A DNA stretch of 64,000 nucleotides from Candidatus Dojkabacteria bacterium. GTDB taxonomy: Bacteria > Patescibacteriota > Dojkabacteria > SC72. The position numbers and the translations under genes are program-made. Each line of letters begins with the position of its first letter. The first letter of the stretch is position 1. Under the pieces are notes generated by a model. It was not told the DNA's origin. It searched no databases and saw nothing but the letters and a program-made list of their open reading frames with translations. Shown piece by piece: positions 19,452-30,055 of the stretch. The stretch lies in the NCBI GenBank assembly GCA_050950165.1, contig JBMNHC010000001.1, positions 191,151 through 255,150 on the forward strand, written 5' to 3'.

Positions 19452-19796
19452 GCACCAAGTAAGCCAGATTCTGTATCAAACGATCATCTATCTATGCGGC
19501 TTTGCCTTGCTCCAAGAGGGGGTTACCACGCAGTAGCACATTACTGCACTACCCGGTGGTCTCTTACACCACCATTTCACCCTTACCCAGCTAATTTATA
19601 GTATGAACCTCTACCTACCACTACACCATATTCATACTACAGATTAGCTGGGCGGTATAACTTTCTGTTGCCCTTTTCTCCGAAAGATCACTCCCTCCCA
19701 ACTTTCGTTGGCTCTTACCTCTAATGTGAGACAACACGGAGTCTGGACTTTCCTCACTAATTATTAATTAGCGCGACCGTATATGATACTTACGCT
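19446..19796 (-). ncRNA. rnpB: RNase P RNA (bacterial type A)
   Basis: The minus strand contains GGAAAGUCCAGACUCC (P4 5' strand), GGGUAAGGGUGAAAUGGUGGUGUAAGAGACCACC (P10-12 region), GGAGCAAGGCAAAGCC, and ACAGAAUCUGGCUUA (P4 3' strand), closely paralleling E. coli M1 RNA. P1 pairing is GCGUAAG/CUUACGC. A TATAAT -10 box lies at 19801-19806 on the minus strand. Ends are approximate. Confidence 0.85.
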
Positions 19797-19817
19797 CTAT
19801 ATTATACCATTTCTACG

Positions 19818-20696
19818 CTACTTTTTCCTCTTTCTCTTTACCAAAAAGTACACTACACCAACAGGAAGAAGAAGTAGAGGTGAAAACACCAAAACCCATA
19901 TCCCAAGATTTAACAAACCCTTCAAAACAGAAACCAAAGCATTTAAAGCCACCTTAAGCTCCCCCAACGGCCTCCAAGCCTCATCCGAAATATTCAACCC
20001 CACCTTATCAATACTAAATGCTACAGTTATATATGAATAATCTGTTTTACTATCAAGATACCTCTTCTGTGCCTCATATCTCTCTATCTCACCCCTCACA
20101 TTACTAAGCTCTTTTTGAACAGCTAAAATATCTGTAACACTCTTAGCATTACCTAAAATACCAACTAACTGACTCTCAACACTCCTTAAATTCTTAAGCC
20201 TAGAAGTAATATCAATATATTCTTCTGTCACATCCAATGTAGAAATTCTTGCATACTCTACCTCCACACCCATCTCTTTAACATCCTCATAGTAGTCCTC
20301 AAAGTCTGCAACAGGAACCCTCACTGTAACATTTACCACCCTATCATTCCCTTTACCGTAATCATCTATATCCATAACCTGAGCAGAATATTTTGCATTT
20401 ACCCCTTTTAACATCTCTAAAGACGCATCTATCTTCTCGACAAGAAGAGATATACTACCATTCTTCTGAATCTTAGAACCCTCAAAACTACTCTCTACCT
20501 CATCAAATGCAACATCATCCTGCTCATACAAAGGAGCAACATCCATATTCACAGTTGACTTACTATTCCGATACCCAACAATCGCATTACCATCTCGATA
20601 TTGAAACCTAGCTCTAGCAAACAGAACACTAACAAAAACCACCACACCTAAAGCCAAAACCACAAAAAGAATAACAAACAAAGTTCTCTTTCTCAT
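19818..20696 (-). CDS. Membrane-anchored coiled-coil protein (DUF4349-like architecture)
   Basis: N-terminal and C-terminal TM helices with a coiled-coil middle region. Confidence 0.4.
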   Translation of the reverse strand: MRKRTLFVILFVVLALGVVVFVSVLFARARFQYRDGNAIVGYRNSKSTVNMDVAPLYEQDDVAFDEVESSFEGSKIQKNGSISLLVEKIDASLEMLKGVNAKYSAQVMDIDDYGKGNDRVVNVTVRVPVADFEDYYEDVKEMGVEVEYARISTLDVTEEYIDITSRLKNLRSVESQLVGILGNAKSVTDILAVQKELSNVRGEIERYEAQKRYLDSKTDYSYITVAFSIDKVGLNISDEAWRPLGELKVALNALVSVLKGLLNLGIWVLVFSPLLLLPVGVVYFLVKRKRKK

Positions 20697-20769
20697 ATAT
20701 TGAAATATTAAAAATATGATATATAAAAATATACCCTAACCACAATACTTAATCAACAGAAAAACATCT

Positions 20770-21069
20770 CTAAGATAACCCTACCAAAGAAAAGATTACC
20801 TCCAAACTATCCTCCTTGCTACTCTTAACCCTATGCAAATATCCACACTCTAAGCATTTGTAATATATACGATACCCACCATGCCAAGGCTCTGCCTTAA
20901 TCGGCTCCATTAAACCACCACAACTAGAGGCCCTATCCCCTGGATTAATATCTACATGTTTAGAAAAAAGACAAACAGGACAATGGTCTGTATACCCATC
21001 ACCCCTCGTACTACTACCACAATGCTCACAAGTGAAATCTTCAATCTTCCTCTGAAACCTTCTTCCCAT
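20770..21069 (-). CDS. RNHCP-domain zinc-ribbon protein
   Basis: FTCEHCGS...DHCPVCLFSKH...CLECGYLH cysteine pattern. Immediately downstream of rpsI on the same strand. Confidence 0.5.
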   Translation of the reverse strand: MGRRFQRKIEDFTCEHCGSSTRGDGYTDHCPVCLFSKHVDINPGDRASSCGGLMEPIKAEPWHGGYRIYYKCLECGYLHRVKSSKEDSLEVIFSLVGLS

Positions 21070-21076
21070 ACCTTAA

Positions 21077-21475
21077 CTATCTCTTTGAGAACTGAGGCTT
21101 CTTTCTAGCCTTAAGTCTATGATATTTCTTTCTCTCAACCTCTCTAGGATCTCTTGTTATCAAACCAGCCTTCCTAAGAACAGGCTTCAATGTCTCATCC
21201 ATACTATAAAGGGCTCTAGCCAACCCCAATGTAATACTATCTGCCTGAGCAACAATACCACCACCACTAACCTTTGCTACAAAATGATACTTCCCCTCCA
21301 AACCAGTAGTTGTAAATGGCTTCATCACCTTATCTAGTGCAGCAGGAGTACTAGCAAAATATGAATCAACAGCCTTACCATTAACCATACTAGCCTTATC
21401 TCCAACAAAAAGCCTTACTCTAGATGTAGACCTCTTTCTTCTCCCTATACCTTCAAAATATTTCTCCTTAGCCAC
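21077..21475 (-). CDS. rpsI: 30S ribosomal protein S9
   Basis: C-terminal ...TRDPREVERKKYHRLKARKKPQFSKR. Confidence 0.9.
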   Translation of the reverse strand: MAKEKYFEGIGRRKRSTSRVRLFVGDKASMVNGKAVDSYFASTPAALDKVMKPFTTTGLEGKYHFVAKVSGGGIVAQADSITLGLARALYSMDETLKPVLRKAGLITRDPREVERKKYHRLKARKKPQFSKR

Positions 21476-21488
21476 TTACTTAAGCCTA

Positions 21489-21923
21489 TTAAAATTTATA
21501 CTCTTTAGGATTCTGTCCACCATGCTTATGCTCTCCAGCTGGATAAACAAAAAGCCTATTCATTCTTAAATCTCTCAACTTGTTCTTAGGTATCATATTC
21601 TTAACAGCATCCACAACAACCTTAGTAGAATCCCTTTTCATCTGATCTGCAAAAACTACCTCTCTCCAACCACCAGGATACCCAGAATGACGATAGTAGA
21701 TCTTCTTATTCTCTTTCCCTCTACTAAGCTTCACCTTATCACTATTTATCACTACTACATAATCACCACAATCAACATTAGGAACAATCTCAGGCTTACC
21801 CTTACCAATCAAAAGAGAAGCTACCCTCGTTGCTAATCGCCCAAGAATCAAATCCTGTGCATCTACAAGATACCACTCTCTCTTTACATCTTCTTTTTTA
21901 GTCCACTCTGTCTTGTACTTCAT
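21489..21923 (-). CDS. rplM: 50S ribosomal protein L13
   Basis: WYLVDA.D..LGRLAT.VA..L.GK.KP. Confidence 0.9.
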   Translation of the reverse strand: MKYKTEWTKKEDVKREWYLVDAQDLILGRLATRVASLLIGKGKPEIVPNVDCGDYVVVINSDKVKLSRGKENKKIYYRHSGYPGGWREVVFADQMKRDSTKVVVDAVKNMIPKNKLRDLRMNRLFVYPAGEHKHGGQNPKEYKF

Positions 21924-21943
21924 TCTTTAGTTGGTAATATAAA

Positions 21944-22459
21944 TTAAAGCCCTGATCTAGACTTAGCTCTCTCTTTCTTAATAACCTCTGCCTTCTTAGG
22001 CAAAACCTTCTTAGCTCCCAAGTTCAATATATTTCTCTTAACTGGCTCCTTTTTCTCCTCAACTTTCTTCTCCTCTACCTTTGCCTTACTACCCCTCTTA
22101 CTCTTTTTAACTCTCAATCCCCCCACTACTATCTGAGACATCTCTGAATTATCTCCATCCCTAAACCCTACCTTTCTAATCAAAACCTTACTATCCCCCT
22201 TCTTACAAAACTCCATAAATTTCTCTACCAACCTCCTATTACCCAAAATCTCCTCTAACACTCTTCTAACATTCAAATCTCCCTCCCTCTTTACTGTTTT
22301 TAGAATAAGGGACTCTATCTCACCCTTAACTACCTTAGCCTTAACAGTGGTAGTCTTAATACTACCATTTTTAACCAGTGATCTAATCTGGTTTTGTACC
22401 AAAGCCTTCCTATGCGAACTCTTCCTCCCTAATTTTTTAACTCCAATCTTGTTATACAC
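21944..22459 (-). CDS. rplQ: 50S ribosomal protein L17 with Lys-rich C-terminal extension
   Basis: GRKSSHRKALV.NQ core plus a ~50-aa K/E-rich tail. Confidence 0.85.
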   Translation of the reverse strand: MYNKIGVKKLGRKSSHRKALVQNQIRSLVKNGSIKTTTVKAKVVKGEIESLILKTVKREGDLNVRRVLEEILGNRRLVEKFMEFCKKGDSKVLIRKVGFRDGDNSEMSQIVVGGLRVKKSKRGSKAKVEEKKVEEKKEPVKRNILNLGAKKVLPKKAEVIKKERAKSRSGL

Positions 22460-22461
22460 AA

Positions 22462-23424
22462 CTATTCACTCTTAATATTAATTCCATAAGTACCCAAAAG
22501 CTCTACAACCTCATTAAGCGACTTATTCCCAAATCCTGACAAAGAAAGTAAATCATCTACAGATACATCTCTTAAATCTCCTACTGTCTTGTATCCACCA
22601 GACAGTAAACCTGTCTTTGACCTCTTAGATATCTGCAAATCTTCAATTCTCAAGTCATTAACCTCATCATACTCTTCCTCAACAACCTCCTCTACTTCAA
22701 CAGTATTAATCTCCTCTTCTCTCTGCTCTACCTCTTTCTTAGAAATCCCCATAGCAATCATTACCTTACCTGCAAACTCCTGCAAAATCTTAGCTGACTC
22801 CAAAAGAGCATCCTTAGGAGTAATACTTCCATCTGTCTCTACCTCAATTACTACTGCATCTAAATCCGTCTCCTGCCCCTTACGAGTCTGCTCAACACTA
22901 ATACCTACTCTCTCGATGGGAGTAAAATCACAATCTAGAGGAATCATTCCACCCTCTTCTCTATCAATATTTCTAGCATCCCTATACCCAACACCTGACT
23001 CTACAACAAGCTCCATAACTAACTCTGCAGAATCATCTGTTAAATTTGCAATCACAATATCTGGAGTAGCAACTGTAACACCAGACTCCACCTCAATATC
23101 AGAAGCCTTTACAACCTTCTTACCCTTCACAGACACCTTACAAATCTTCTTATCTTCTGAATCTACTCTAAACTTAACCTGCTTAAGATTAAGAATAATG
23201 GTTACCAAATCCTCCTTTATACCATTCAAAGTAGAATACTCATGCTTAGCCCCTTTTACCTTAACAGCAGTAACACCAGCACCTACCAAACTTGAGTAAA
23301 GAATCCTTCTTAATGCATTACCTAAAGTATGACCATACCCTCTTGGTAATGGAGAGATATCATAGATACCAACATTACCCTCTTCTTTCTTTATACTAAC
23401 TTTTATATCTTTAAATACTTCCAT
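22462..23424 (-). CDS. rpoA: DNA-directed RNA polymerase subunit alpha
   Basis: GYGHTLGNALRRILYSSL N-terminal domain plus C-terminal domain. Confidence 0.9.
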   Translation of the reverse strand: MEVFKDIKVSIKKEEGNVGIYDISPLPRGYGHTLGNALRRILYSSLVGAGVTAVKVKGAKHEYSTLNGIKEDLVTIILNLKQVKFRVDSEDKKICKVSVKGKKVVKASDIEVESGVTVATPDIVIANLTDDSAELVMELVVESGVGYRDARNIDREEGGMIPLDCDFTPIERVGISVEQTRKGQETDLDAVVIEVETDGSITPKDALLESAKILQEFAGKVMIAMGISKKEVEQREEEINTVEVEEVVEEEYDEVNDLRIEDLQISKRSKTGLLSGGYKTVGDLRDVSVDDLLSLSGFGNKSLNEVVELLGTYGINIKSE

Positions 23425-23444
23425 GATTTATATAAAACAAATTA

Positions 23445-24056
23445 TTATCTAGAGTAGTACTCTATAATGAGGTTCTCACGAATCCCCTCATCAATTTCAT
23501 CTCTAATAGGTAATCTAGCCACCTTAGCCTTATTACCCTTAGACTCAATCCATTCAGGAGTAGCAAAAAACTTCTCCGCTGGAGCCAAAGCTGCCTTCTT
23601 CAACTCCAAAGAATCTCCCTCTTTCATCTCAAAAGAAGGAATTGTAAATTTCTCACCATTTAAAAGTACATGACCATGTACTACATACTGTCTAGCAGCA
23701 GACCTTGATGGAGCTAACCCTGCTAAGTAAAGCACATTATCTACTCTCAACTCTAACAACCTTAAAAGCTCTAACCCCTTATCTGTATTGTATACCTTAG
23801 ATCTCCTATCTGCTTCTACATACATATTTTTAAACTGCTTCTCTCTCACACCATATGTCCTCTTTACCTTCTGCTTCTCTCTTAACTGCAGACCGAAGTT
23901 TGAAAGCCTAGCTCTCCTCTTATTCCCATGCTGTCCAGGTGCAAAAGGCTTCCTCTTAAGACCACTCTTCTCTGAAAAAGACCTAGAACCCTTAAGATAA
24001 AGTTCTACACCCTCTCGTCTACTTAATCTCTCTTTTGGTCCAGTATGTCTACCCAT
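23445..24056 (-). CDS. rpsD: 30S ribosomal protein S4
   Basis: MGRHTGPKERLSRREG. Confidence 0.9.
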   Translation of the reverse strand: MGRHTGPKERLSRREGVELYLKGSRSFSEKSGLKRKPFAPGQHGNKRRARLSNFGLQLREKQKVKRTYGVREKQFKNMYVEADRRSKVYNTDKGLELLRLLELRVDNVLYLAGLAPSRSAARQYVVHGHVLLNGEKFTIPSFEMKEGDSLELKKAALAPAEKFFATPEWIESKGNKAKVARLPIRDEIDEGIRENLIIEYYSR

Positions 24057-24074
24057 TTATATCTAAATAAAATA

Positions 24075-24455
24075 TTACTTTCTTGGTGCCTTCCTAGGTC
24101 TACAACCATTATGAGGCAAAGGAGTCTTATCCACTAAAGTTGTAATCTTTAACCCTGCAGAATCTAAACCCTTAACAGCTGCATTTCTACCTGCTCCAGG
24201 GCCACTAACAACAACTTTAACATCTCTCAAACCATATTTTTTAATAGCCTTCTCCGCTGCATCAATCGCTGCCTTAGTAGCTGCAAATGCTGTACTTCTT
24301 CTAGTCCCCTTAAAACCTACAATACTAGGGCTACCCTGTACTAATACCTCTCCATTCATATCGGTAATAGAGATAATGGTATTGTTAAATGTAGATTGAA
24401 TAGTTGCAATACCAGATGACACACTCTTCTTAGCTTTTTTCTTAGCAGTTGCCAT
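24075..24455 (-). CDS. rpsK: 30S ribosomal protein S11
   Basis: Conserved S11 core and C-terminal PHNGCRPRK. Confidence 0.9.
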   Translation of the reverse strand: MATAKKKAKKSVSSGIATIQSTFNNTIISITDMNGEVLVQGSPSIVGFKGTRRSTAFAATKAAIDAAEKAIKKYGLRDVKVVVSGPGAGRNAAVKGLDSAGLKITTLVDKTPLPHNGCRPRKAPRK

Positions 24456-24460
24456 ATATA

Positions 24461-24844
24461 TTAAGTCTTTTCTAATTTACGATTTAATCCACCTACAGGT
24501 CTACTCCTTCCCTTTCTAGTATGAGCATTATGTCTAGTTCTCTGCCCTCTAACAGGTAAACCTAACTTATGCCTAGTACCCCTGTAGCTTTTAATATCTT
24601 TCAATCTCTTAATCTCTCTAAATACCTTCTGCCTTAACTCTCCTTCCACCTGATAGTTCTTGTCCAAATACCCTCTAATCAAATCTAGCTGAGACTCATC
24701 AAGATCTTTTACAAAAAGAGTCCCATCTATCTTAACCTCTCTACAGATATCTTTTGCAGACTTCTCTCCAATACCATATATACTCATTAAAGAGACCCAC
24801 AATCTCTTATCATTTGGTATTTCTACTCCTGCTACTCTTGCCAT
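24461..24844 (-). CDS. rpsM: 30S ribosomal protein S13
   Basis: [11 protein letters not shown]...SL..IYGIG. Confidence 0.9.
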   Translation of the reverse strand: MARVAGVEIPNDKRLWVSLMSIYGIGEKSAKDICREVKIDGTLFVKDLDESQLDLIRGYLDKNYQVEGELRQKVFREIKRLKDIKSYRGTRHKLGLPVRGQRTRHNAHTRKGRSRPVGGLNRKLEKT

Positions 24845-24876
24845 ATATATTAATATTATTAAGTCTAGTTAAATAT

Positions 24877-24993
24877 TTACCCCTGCCTCTGCTTATGATT
24901 AGGGTTCTTTCTACAATACACATATACTCGCCCTTTTCTGCGAATCGTATAACAATCTGCACATCTCTTTTTTACCGAAGCCTGTACTTTCAT
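24877..24993 (-). CDS. rpmJ: 50S ribosomal protein L36
   Basis: Hand translation of the minus strand gives [38 protein letters not shown] (38 aa, zinc ribbon). It is absent from the ORF track because it is below 60 aa. Confidence 0.85.
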   Translation of the reverse strand: MKVQASVKKRCADCYTIRRKGRVYVYCRKNPNHKQRQG

Positions 24994-24995
24994 TT

Positions 24996-25229
24996 TTATT
25001 TCATTCTATATGTTATTCTCCCCTGCGTTTTATCATATGGGGTCATCTCTATCTTCACCCTATCTCCCTCCAAGATTCGAATGTAGTTCATTCTCATCTT
25101 TCCTGATAAATAGCCAACAACCTCGTGCTTTACACCATTTACATCAATTTCTACTAGAAATTTTGTATTAGGTAAGCACTCTTTCACCTCACCTTCAAAT
25201 TCATAAACTTTCTTTGTATCTACGGTCAT
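24996..25229 (-). CDS. infA: Translation initiation factor IF-1
   Basis: ...[24 protein letters not shown]... Confidence 0.85.
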   Translation of the reverse strand: MTVDTKKVYEFEGEVKECLPNTKFLVEIDVNGVKHEVVGYLSGKMRMNYIRILEGDRVKIEMTPYDKTQGRITYRMK

Positions 25230-25391
25230 AAACCCTTATCTATAAATAAATAGAGTCCTGAGCATTATATCAAAAGTATACGCCTTTTTCAAAGATTTAA
25301 AGCCACTTTCTTTAGGAATATCACCAGGAAAGCTACAAAGACGAGTTAAGCATATCAAAAAGAGAAACTTTTTACAACCCTAACAACATAT

Positions 25392-26627
25392 CTAATCCCT
25401 CTGCTTCCCTTGAAACAAGAAAATCATAATCTCTTTTATTGTCGGCCTCCTATTGTACATTAAACACCCAATCTCAAACAATTTGTATGAAATTGCGATT
25501 GCAATAACGACATAGACAATACCAAACACAATTGTAAGCACTAACTCACGTGGAGGTAACGTACCCAAAGAATTTCTTAATACAGCAACCATATATGAAC
25601 TAAATGGAAAATATGTAAAAATCCTAGAAATTAATGATTCAGGCTCCATAATTAAAGGCTGAATCACATACAAAGGAGCAACTGAAAGCATAACAAAGAT
25701 AGTAGAAAGATTCCTACTATCCTCTGCACCAGTACCAATTGCACCAACACCTACCATTACCGCACCAAAGAAAATGAACCCTAAAATTATCATCAAAATC
25801 GTAAACGGCAATGTCCTAAGATCAATATTATTTAGATTAATAGGTAAACTCATATCCAAAAATTTTGTTGCAACAAATGTCAACACTACCGCAAATATTA
25901 ACCATATCAATAGCTGTGTCAGTACAACAGCCATAAGACCTACCATCTTACCAATCATCAAGGACTTCTTATCAACAATTGAAAGCATTGTCTCTATCAT
26001 CCTATTCTCTTTCTCATTTGATACACTCTGAAGAAGATAGGTAGAAGAGATAAATACTGCCATGAAGAAAACTAACATTGAGAGAATAGGGACAATGAAC
26101 TTATCAAACCCCTGCTTAGATTCATTACCCTCAGCATCTAATGTATACGTCTCTGATGTTATCTCACCACTGAGTAAAACCTTAGATCTCTCATTCTCAA
26201 TACTCTCAATTGCACCTGATTTAATTACACCACTCATCAATGCAGGAACATTAGCAGCCCTCATCAAATCCCCATCGTCTTTATAAAGAACTTCATATTT
26301 CAATGTAGACAAGAAATCCTCTGGAAGAACCACTAACACTATCTTAGAATCATTAATCAACTCATCTTTAACAGCCTCTTTACTCTCAGCCTTAAAAAGA
26401 GGAGGCACTATTTTATCACTTGGAATAATATCCTGATTATCAACAACATACACCTTCTCTAAAGAAAGACCCTTCTCCATATTCTTACTCGATTGATATG
26501 ATGACCACCCAGATATAAACATTATCAATGCCATAAAAATTGGAAAGAACAAAGTAGAAGCCCAAAACGAACCCTTTTTAACAATCTTTAGATACTCAAA
26601 TTTTGCTATATCTTTTACCTTACTCAT
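25392..26627 (-). CDS. ABC-2 type transporter permease
   Basis: 411 aa. N-terminal TM, large extracytoplasmic loop, then 5 C-terminal TM helices. Confidence 0.6.
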   Translation of the reverse strand: MSKVKDIAKFEYLKIVKKGSFWASTLFFPIFMALIMFISGWSSYQSSKNMEKGLSLEKVYVVDNQDIIPSDKIVPPLFKAESKEAVKDELINDSKIVLVVLPEDFLSTLKYEVLYKDDGDLMRAANVPALMSGVIKSGAIESIENERSKVLLSGEITSETYTLDAEGNESKQGFDKFIVPILSMLVFFMAVFISSTYLLQSVSNEKENRMIETMLSIVDKKSLMIGKMVGLMAVVLTQLLIWLIFAVVLTFVATKFLDMSLPINLNNIDLRTLPFTILMIILGFIFFGAVMVGVGAIGTGAEDSRNLSTIFVMLSVAPLYVIQPLIMEPESLISRIFTYFPFSSYMVAVLRNSLGTLPPRELVLTIVFGIVYVVIAIAISYKLFEIGCLMYNRRPTIKEIMIFLFQGKQRD

Positions 26628-27528
26628 CTTTCTTACTCATTAATTCAATAAATATATCATTAAGACTAGGAGCATCAACCTCCATTTTAATAATTTTGGT
26701 CCCATTCTTAATTAAATCGGTAACTACATCATTTGGATCAGTACTCTCATCTTTAGGAGCTATCTCTGCAGTTGTATTAGTCACAGTACTCCTATACAGT
26801 TTAGTATCCCTCTGTGGAGCCTTACCACTAAACTCAATCACAATATTATTACTCCCATATTTCCTTCTTACCTCTGCAACCCTCCCATACTCAACCCTTC
26901 TTCCTTCTTTAATCATCACTATACTATCCGACATCTTTTGAGCCTCATCGATAACATGAGTACTGTAAAGAATTGTTGCCCCTTTATGAGCTTGTTCTAT
27001 GAACTTATCAACAAATAACTGCCTATTCATAGCATCTAAGCCCTTAAACGGCTCGTCCAAAATTAATATCTCTGGCTCATGAATCAGTGCCGTACCCAAC
27101 TGTACTTTCTGTTGCATACCCGAACTTAACTGTGCAATCTTCTTAGCCCTATGCTCATACAGATCAACATCCTTCAAATATTTCTCCGTTTTAGACTTAG
27201 CATCACTACGACTAAAACCTCTTAGTACAGCCGTATACTCCAATATCTCAAGAGGAGTAACATCCTTGTAGATCCCTCTCTCTTCTGGAAGATATCCAAT
27301 CTTACTATTCACCCTCTCTGAATATTCTTCTTCATTTATTAATAACTCTCCACTATCTGGAGTATATATTTTCAAAAGACACCTAATTGTTGTTGTTTTA
27401 CCAGAACCATTTGCACCTAAAAAAGCCATAACTTCACCCTCCTCTACATCAAAAGAGAGATTATCAACAGCCTTAAGATGACCAAAAGATTTTGAAAAGT
27501 TCTTAATATGAATGGAGTAATCTGTCAT
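26620..27528 (-). CDS. ABC transporter ATP-binding protein
   Basis: Walker A GANGSGKTT, signature LSSGMQQK, Walker B ILILDEP. Confidence 0.85.
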   Translation of the reverse strand: MTDYSIHIKNFSKSFGHLKAVDNLSFDVEEGEVMAFLGANGSGKTTTIRCLLKIYTPDSGELLINEEEYSERVNSKIGYLPEERGIYKDVTPLEILEYTAVLRGFSRSDAKSKTEKYLKDVDLYEHRAKKIAQLSSGMQQKVQLGTALIHEPEILILDEPFKGLDAMNRQLFVDKFIEQAHKGATILYSTHVIDEAQKMSDSIVMIKEGRRVEYGRVAEVRRKYGSNNIVIEFSGKAPQRDTKLYRSTVTNTTAEIAPKDESTDPNDVVTDLIKNGTKIIKMEVDAPSLNDIFIELMSKKDE

Positions 27529-27575
27529 ACGCAGAAATATTAACAGGAATATTAGGATAAAATCAAGTACATTTT

Positions 27576-28229
27576 TTACTGATTAAGTCCTAGCTTTAAT
27601 ACCACCTCTTTATGAATCTCCTCTATACTAGGAGATGCATCTATCTCAATTAATATGCCCCTAGCCCTATACGTATCTAATATTGCTCCTATCGTCCTAT
27701 TATACTCTCTCAGCCTATTCTTTATCCTATCAGGCTGATCATCTTCCCTCTGAATTAATTTAGTACCACATCTATCACAATATCCTTTTACCTTCTCTGG
27801 CTTATACTTCTCATGATATGTAGTATCACAGTTAGGACAGATCCATCTAAGTGACATTCTCTCAATTGCTGCCTCTTCAGAGAGAGAAAAGTGTACAAAG
27901 TAATCTAATTTCCTATCTACACTAGCTAAAGTATTATCAAACATTGGAATCTGACCAGGATCTCTAACAACGGATATAAAGGCCCAATTCTTCTGTCTAT
28001 CAAACTGTAATATCCATTTATCTAACATGCTATACACCAATTCATTTGGAACCCATTGTCCTTTTGACCAATAGTTGTGAGCTTTAATAGCTTCCAAATC
28101 AGCCTGTTTATACATAGCTCTAAACATCTCTCCAGTAGCAATACTCTCAAACTCATACTTGTCTCTGAGTAATTCTACTTGAGTATCTTTACCACTACCT
28201 GAAGGCCCATGAAAAAGAACTGTCTTCAT
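27576..28229 (-). CDS. adk: Adenylate kinase (zinc-lid type)
   Basis: GPSGSGKDTQ P-loop and lid CPNCDTTYH...CDRCG. Confidence 0.85.
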   Translation of the reverse strand: MKTVLFHGPSGSGKDTQVELLRDKYEFESIATGEMFRAMYKQADLEAIKAHNYWSKGQWVPNELVYSMLDKWILQFDRQKNWAFISVVRDPGQIPMFDNTLASVDRKLDYFVHFSLSEEAAIERMSLRWICPNCDTTYHEKYKPEKVKGYCDRCGTKLIQREDDQPDRIKNRLREYNRTIGAILDTYRARGILIEIDASPSIEEIHKEVVLKLGLNQ

Positions 28230-28334
28230 CCCGCTAGCTTATAGTAATATTAAATGTACAGATTTTAACCTAATAAAGAATAAGGTATTGCGAAAAATTA
28301 CACAAGAGGAATAGAGAGAAATTCCAAATAGTAG

Positions 28335-29600
28335 TTATAAATATCGATCGTAATCTCTAACTACAATCATAGAAGAAACCTCTCTCCTAATATCTAAAAC
28401 TACATTAACCATAATTAGAAGACCTGTACCTGTAATTACAGTAGCAGTCATTAAGTTAAGAGATATCAATATGTTGGGAAGTATAGAGATAATTCCTAAA
28501 AATACCGCACCCACAGAAGCTAATCTAAATGCAACACTTCTTAAGTACTTTGAAGTATTAGGACCAGGTCTAATACCAGGAATAAAGCCACCCTGCTTCT
28601 GTAAATTCTTTGCCAATTCATCTGTCTTGAATACTACTGTTAAGTAGAAGAAAGAAAAACCAACAATGAACAAGAAAGTCAAAGTATTACTAAAGTAAGG
28701 ATTCTCTAACAATGCCATAGCCTTAGTAGTAAAATCAGTAATACCATCTCCCATATTTTTACTAAGTATAAATTTCCCAATTAACTGAGGAAAAGAAAGA
28801 AGTGAAACTGCAAATATTACTGGCATCACTCCAAACTGTACTAATTTGATAGGGATATAGCTATCCATCGCACCACCAACTCTTACCCTTCTAGAATATT
28901 GTACTTTTATCTTACGCTGTGCCTCGGTAATATATACAACAGAAATAACCAAAAGAAGTGTAATAGTGATAAACACTCCCTTCTGTAGCGGATCCATTAA
29001 TGTAAAGTTCGATCGAAGTGTACCAGGAATACCAGCAATAATACCTAGAAAGATTAAATATGAAGACCCTCCACCTACACCACTTTCAGAAGTTAATTCT
29101 GCTAACCACATTACAAGAATAGAACCTGCTGTTAGTGTAGCAACCATTACAATTAATTCTAATGTTCCTAACTGTCCTACTAACCCAAAACCTCTCAAAG
29201 TAGAATATATTACAAAAGACTGCATAGCTGCTAAGGGAACTGTTAATAATCGTGTATACATACTAATCTGTTTTCTACCCTCAGGTCCTTCATTTCTTAA
29301 CTCCTCTAACTTAGGAATCACACTTCCTAACAGCTGAAATATGATAGACGCACTAATATATGGACTTAACCCTATCGCTGCAATAGAGGCTGTTTCTAAT
29401 ACACCTCCTGATACAGTAGAGAGCATATCTCCAAAACTACTACCTTCAAAAAGAAGCCTAATAGCATCTGCAGGTATACCAGCAACAGGAATAGCAGCTA
29501 AAAACCTATATGCAAGTAAAACTATTAAAGAAAATATTATTTTTTTTCGTATCTCAACTGTCTTAAAAATACGTTGAGTTACCTCGATAAATTTGCTCAT
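28335..29600 (-). CDS. secY: Preprotein translocase subunit SecY
   Basis: 421 aa, 10 TM. Synteny L15-SecY-Adk. Confidence 0.9.
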   Translation of the reverse strand: MSKFIEVTQRIFKTVEIRKKIIFSLIVLLAYRFLAAIPVAGIPADAIRLLFEGSSFGDMLSTVSGGVLETASIAAIGLSPYISASIIFQLLGSVIPKLEELRNEGPEGRKQISMYTRLLTVPLAAMQSFVIYSTLRGFGLVGQLGTLELIVMVATLTAGSILVMWLAELTSESGVGGGSSYLIFLGIIAGIPGTLRSNFTLMDPLQKGVFITITLLLVISVVYITEAQRKIKVQYSRRVRVGGAMDSYIPIKLVQFGVMPVIFAVSLLSFPQLIGKFILSKNMGDGITDFTTKAMALLENPYFSNTLTFLFIVGFSFFYLTVVFKTDELAKNLQKQGGFIPGIRPGPNTSKYLRSVAFRLASVGAVFLGIISILPNILISLNLMTATVITGTGLLIMVNVVLDIRREVSSMIVVRDYDRYL

Positions 29601-29611
29601 ATTTATAGAAG

Positions 29612-30055
29612 TTACTTTATAGTCCCTCCTACTTTCAATAGTTTCTCCTTAGCACTAGTAGAAAGAGGGATACCTTCTACTACAACTTTCTTCGTAATAT
29701 CACCAGAACCCAATATCTTAACTAGTTTTGTACTCTTAGAAATTAATGCTTTCTCCTTCAAGGACTCAATACTAACAACCTCATTTGCCTTAAAGTTCTT
29801 TTCCAAAACATCCAAATTTACAGCAGTAGCCTCAATCTTATCCGACTTTTTAAAACCCTTTCTCTTAGGCATTCTTCTAAAGAAAGGAACATTACCTCCT
29901 TCAAAAAATACTAAGGACTTATGTCCAGCTCTAGATTTTTGCCCCTTACTTCCTCTTGTAGAAGTATGACCTCCTACTCCAGATCCATACCCTCTACCAA
30001 CTCTCTTTCCTTTCGTTATTCTCTTTTTCCTTTTTGGAATATTCTCTAAATACAT
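29612..30055 (-). CDS. rplO: 50S ribosomal protein L15
   Basis: KRVGRGYGSGVGGHTSTRG.KGQKSR.G. Confidence 0.9.
   Translation of the reverse strand: MYLENIPKRKKRITKGKRVGRGYGSGVGGHTSTRGSKGQKSRAGHKSLVFFEGGNVPFFRRMPKRKGFKKSDKIEATAVNLDVLEKNFKANEVVSIESLKEKALISKSTKLVKILGSGDITKKVVVEGIPLSTSAKEKLLKVGGTIK

Noticed and set aside
22589-23299. 236-aa plus ORF
   Set aside because: It is antisense to rpoA and Ser/Thr-rich low complexity.
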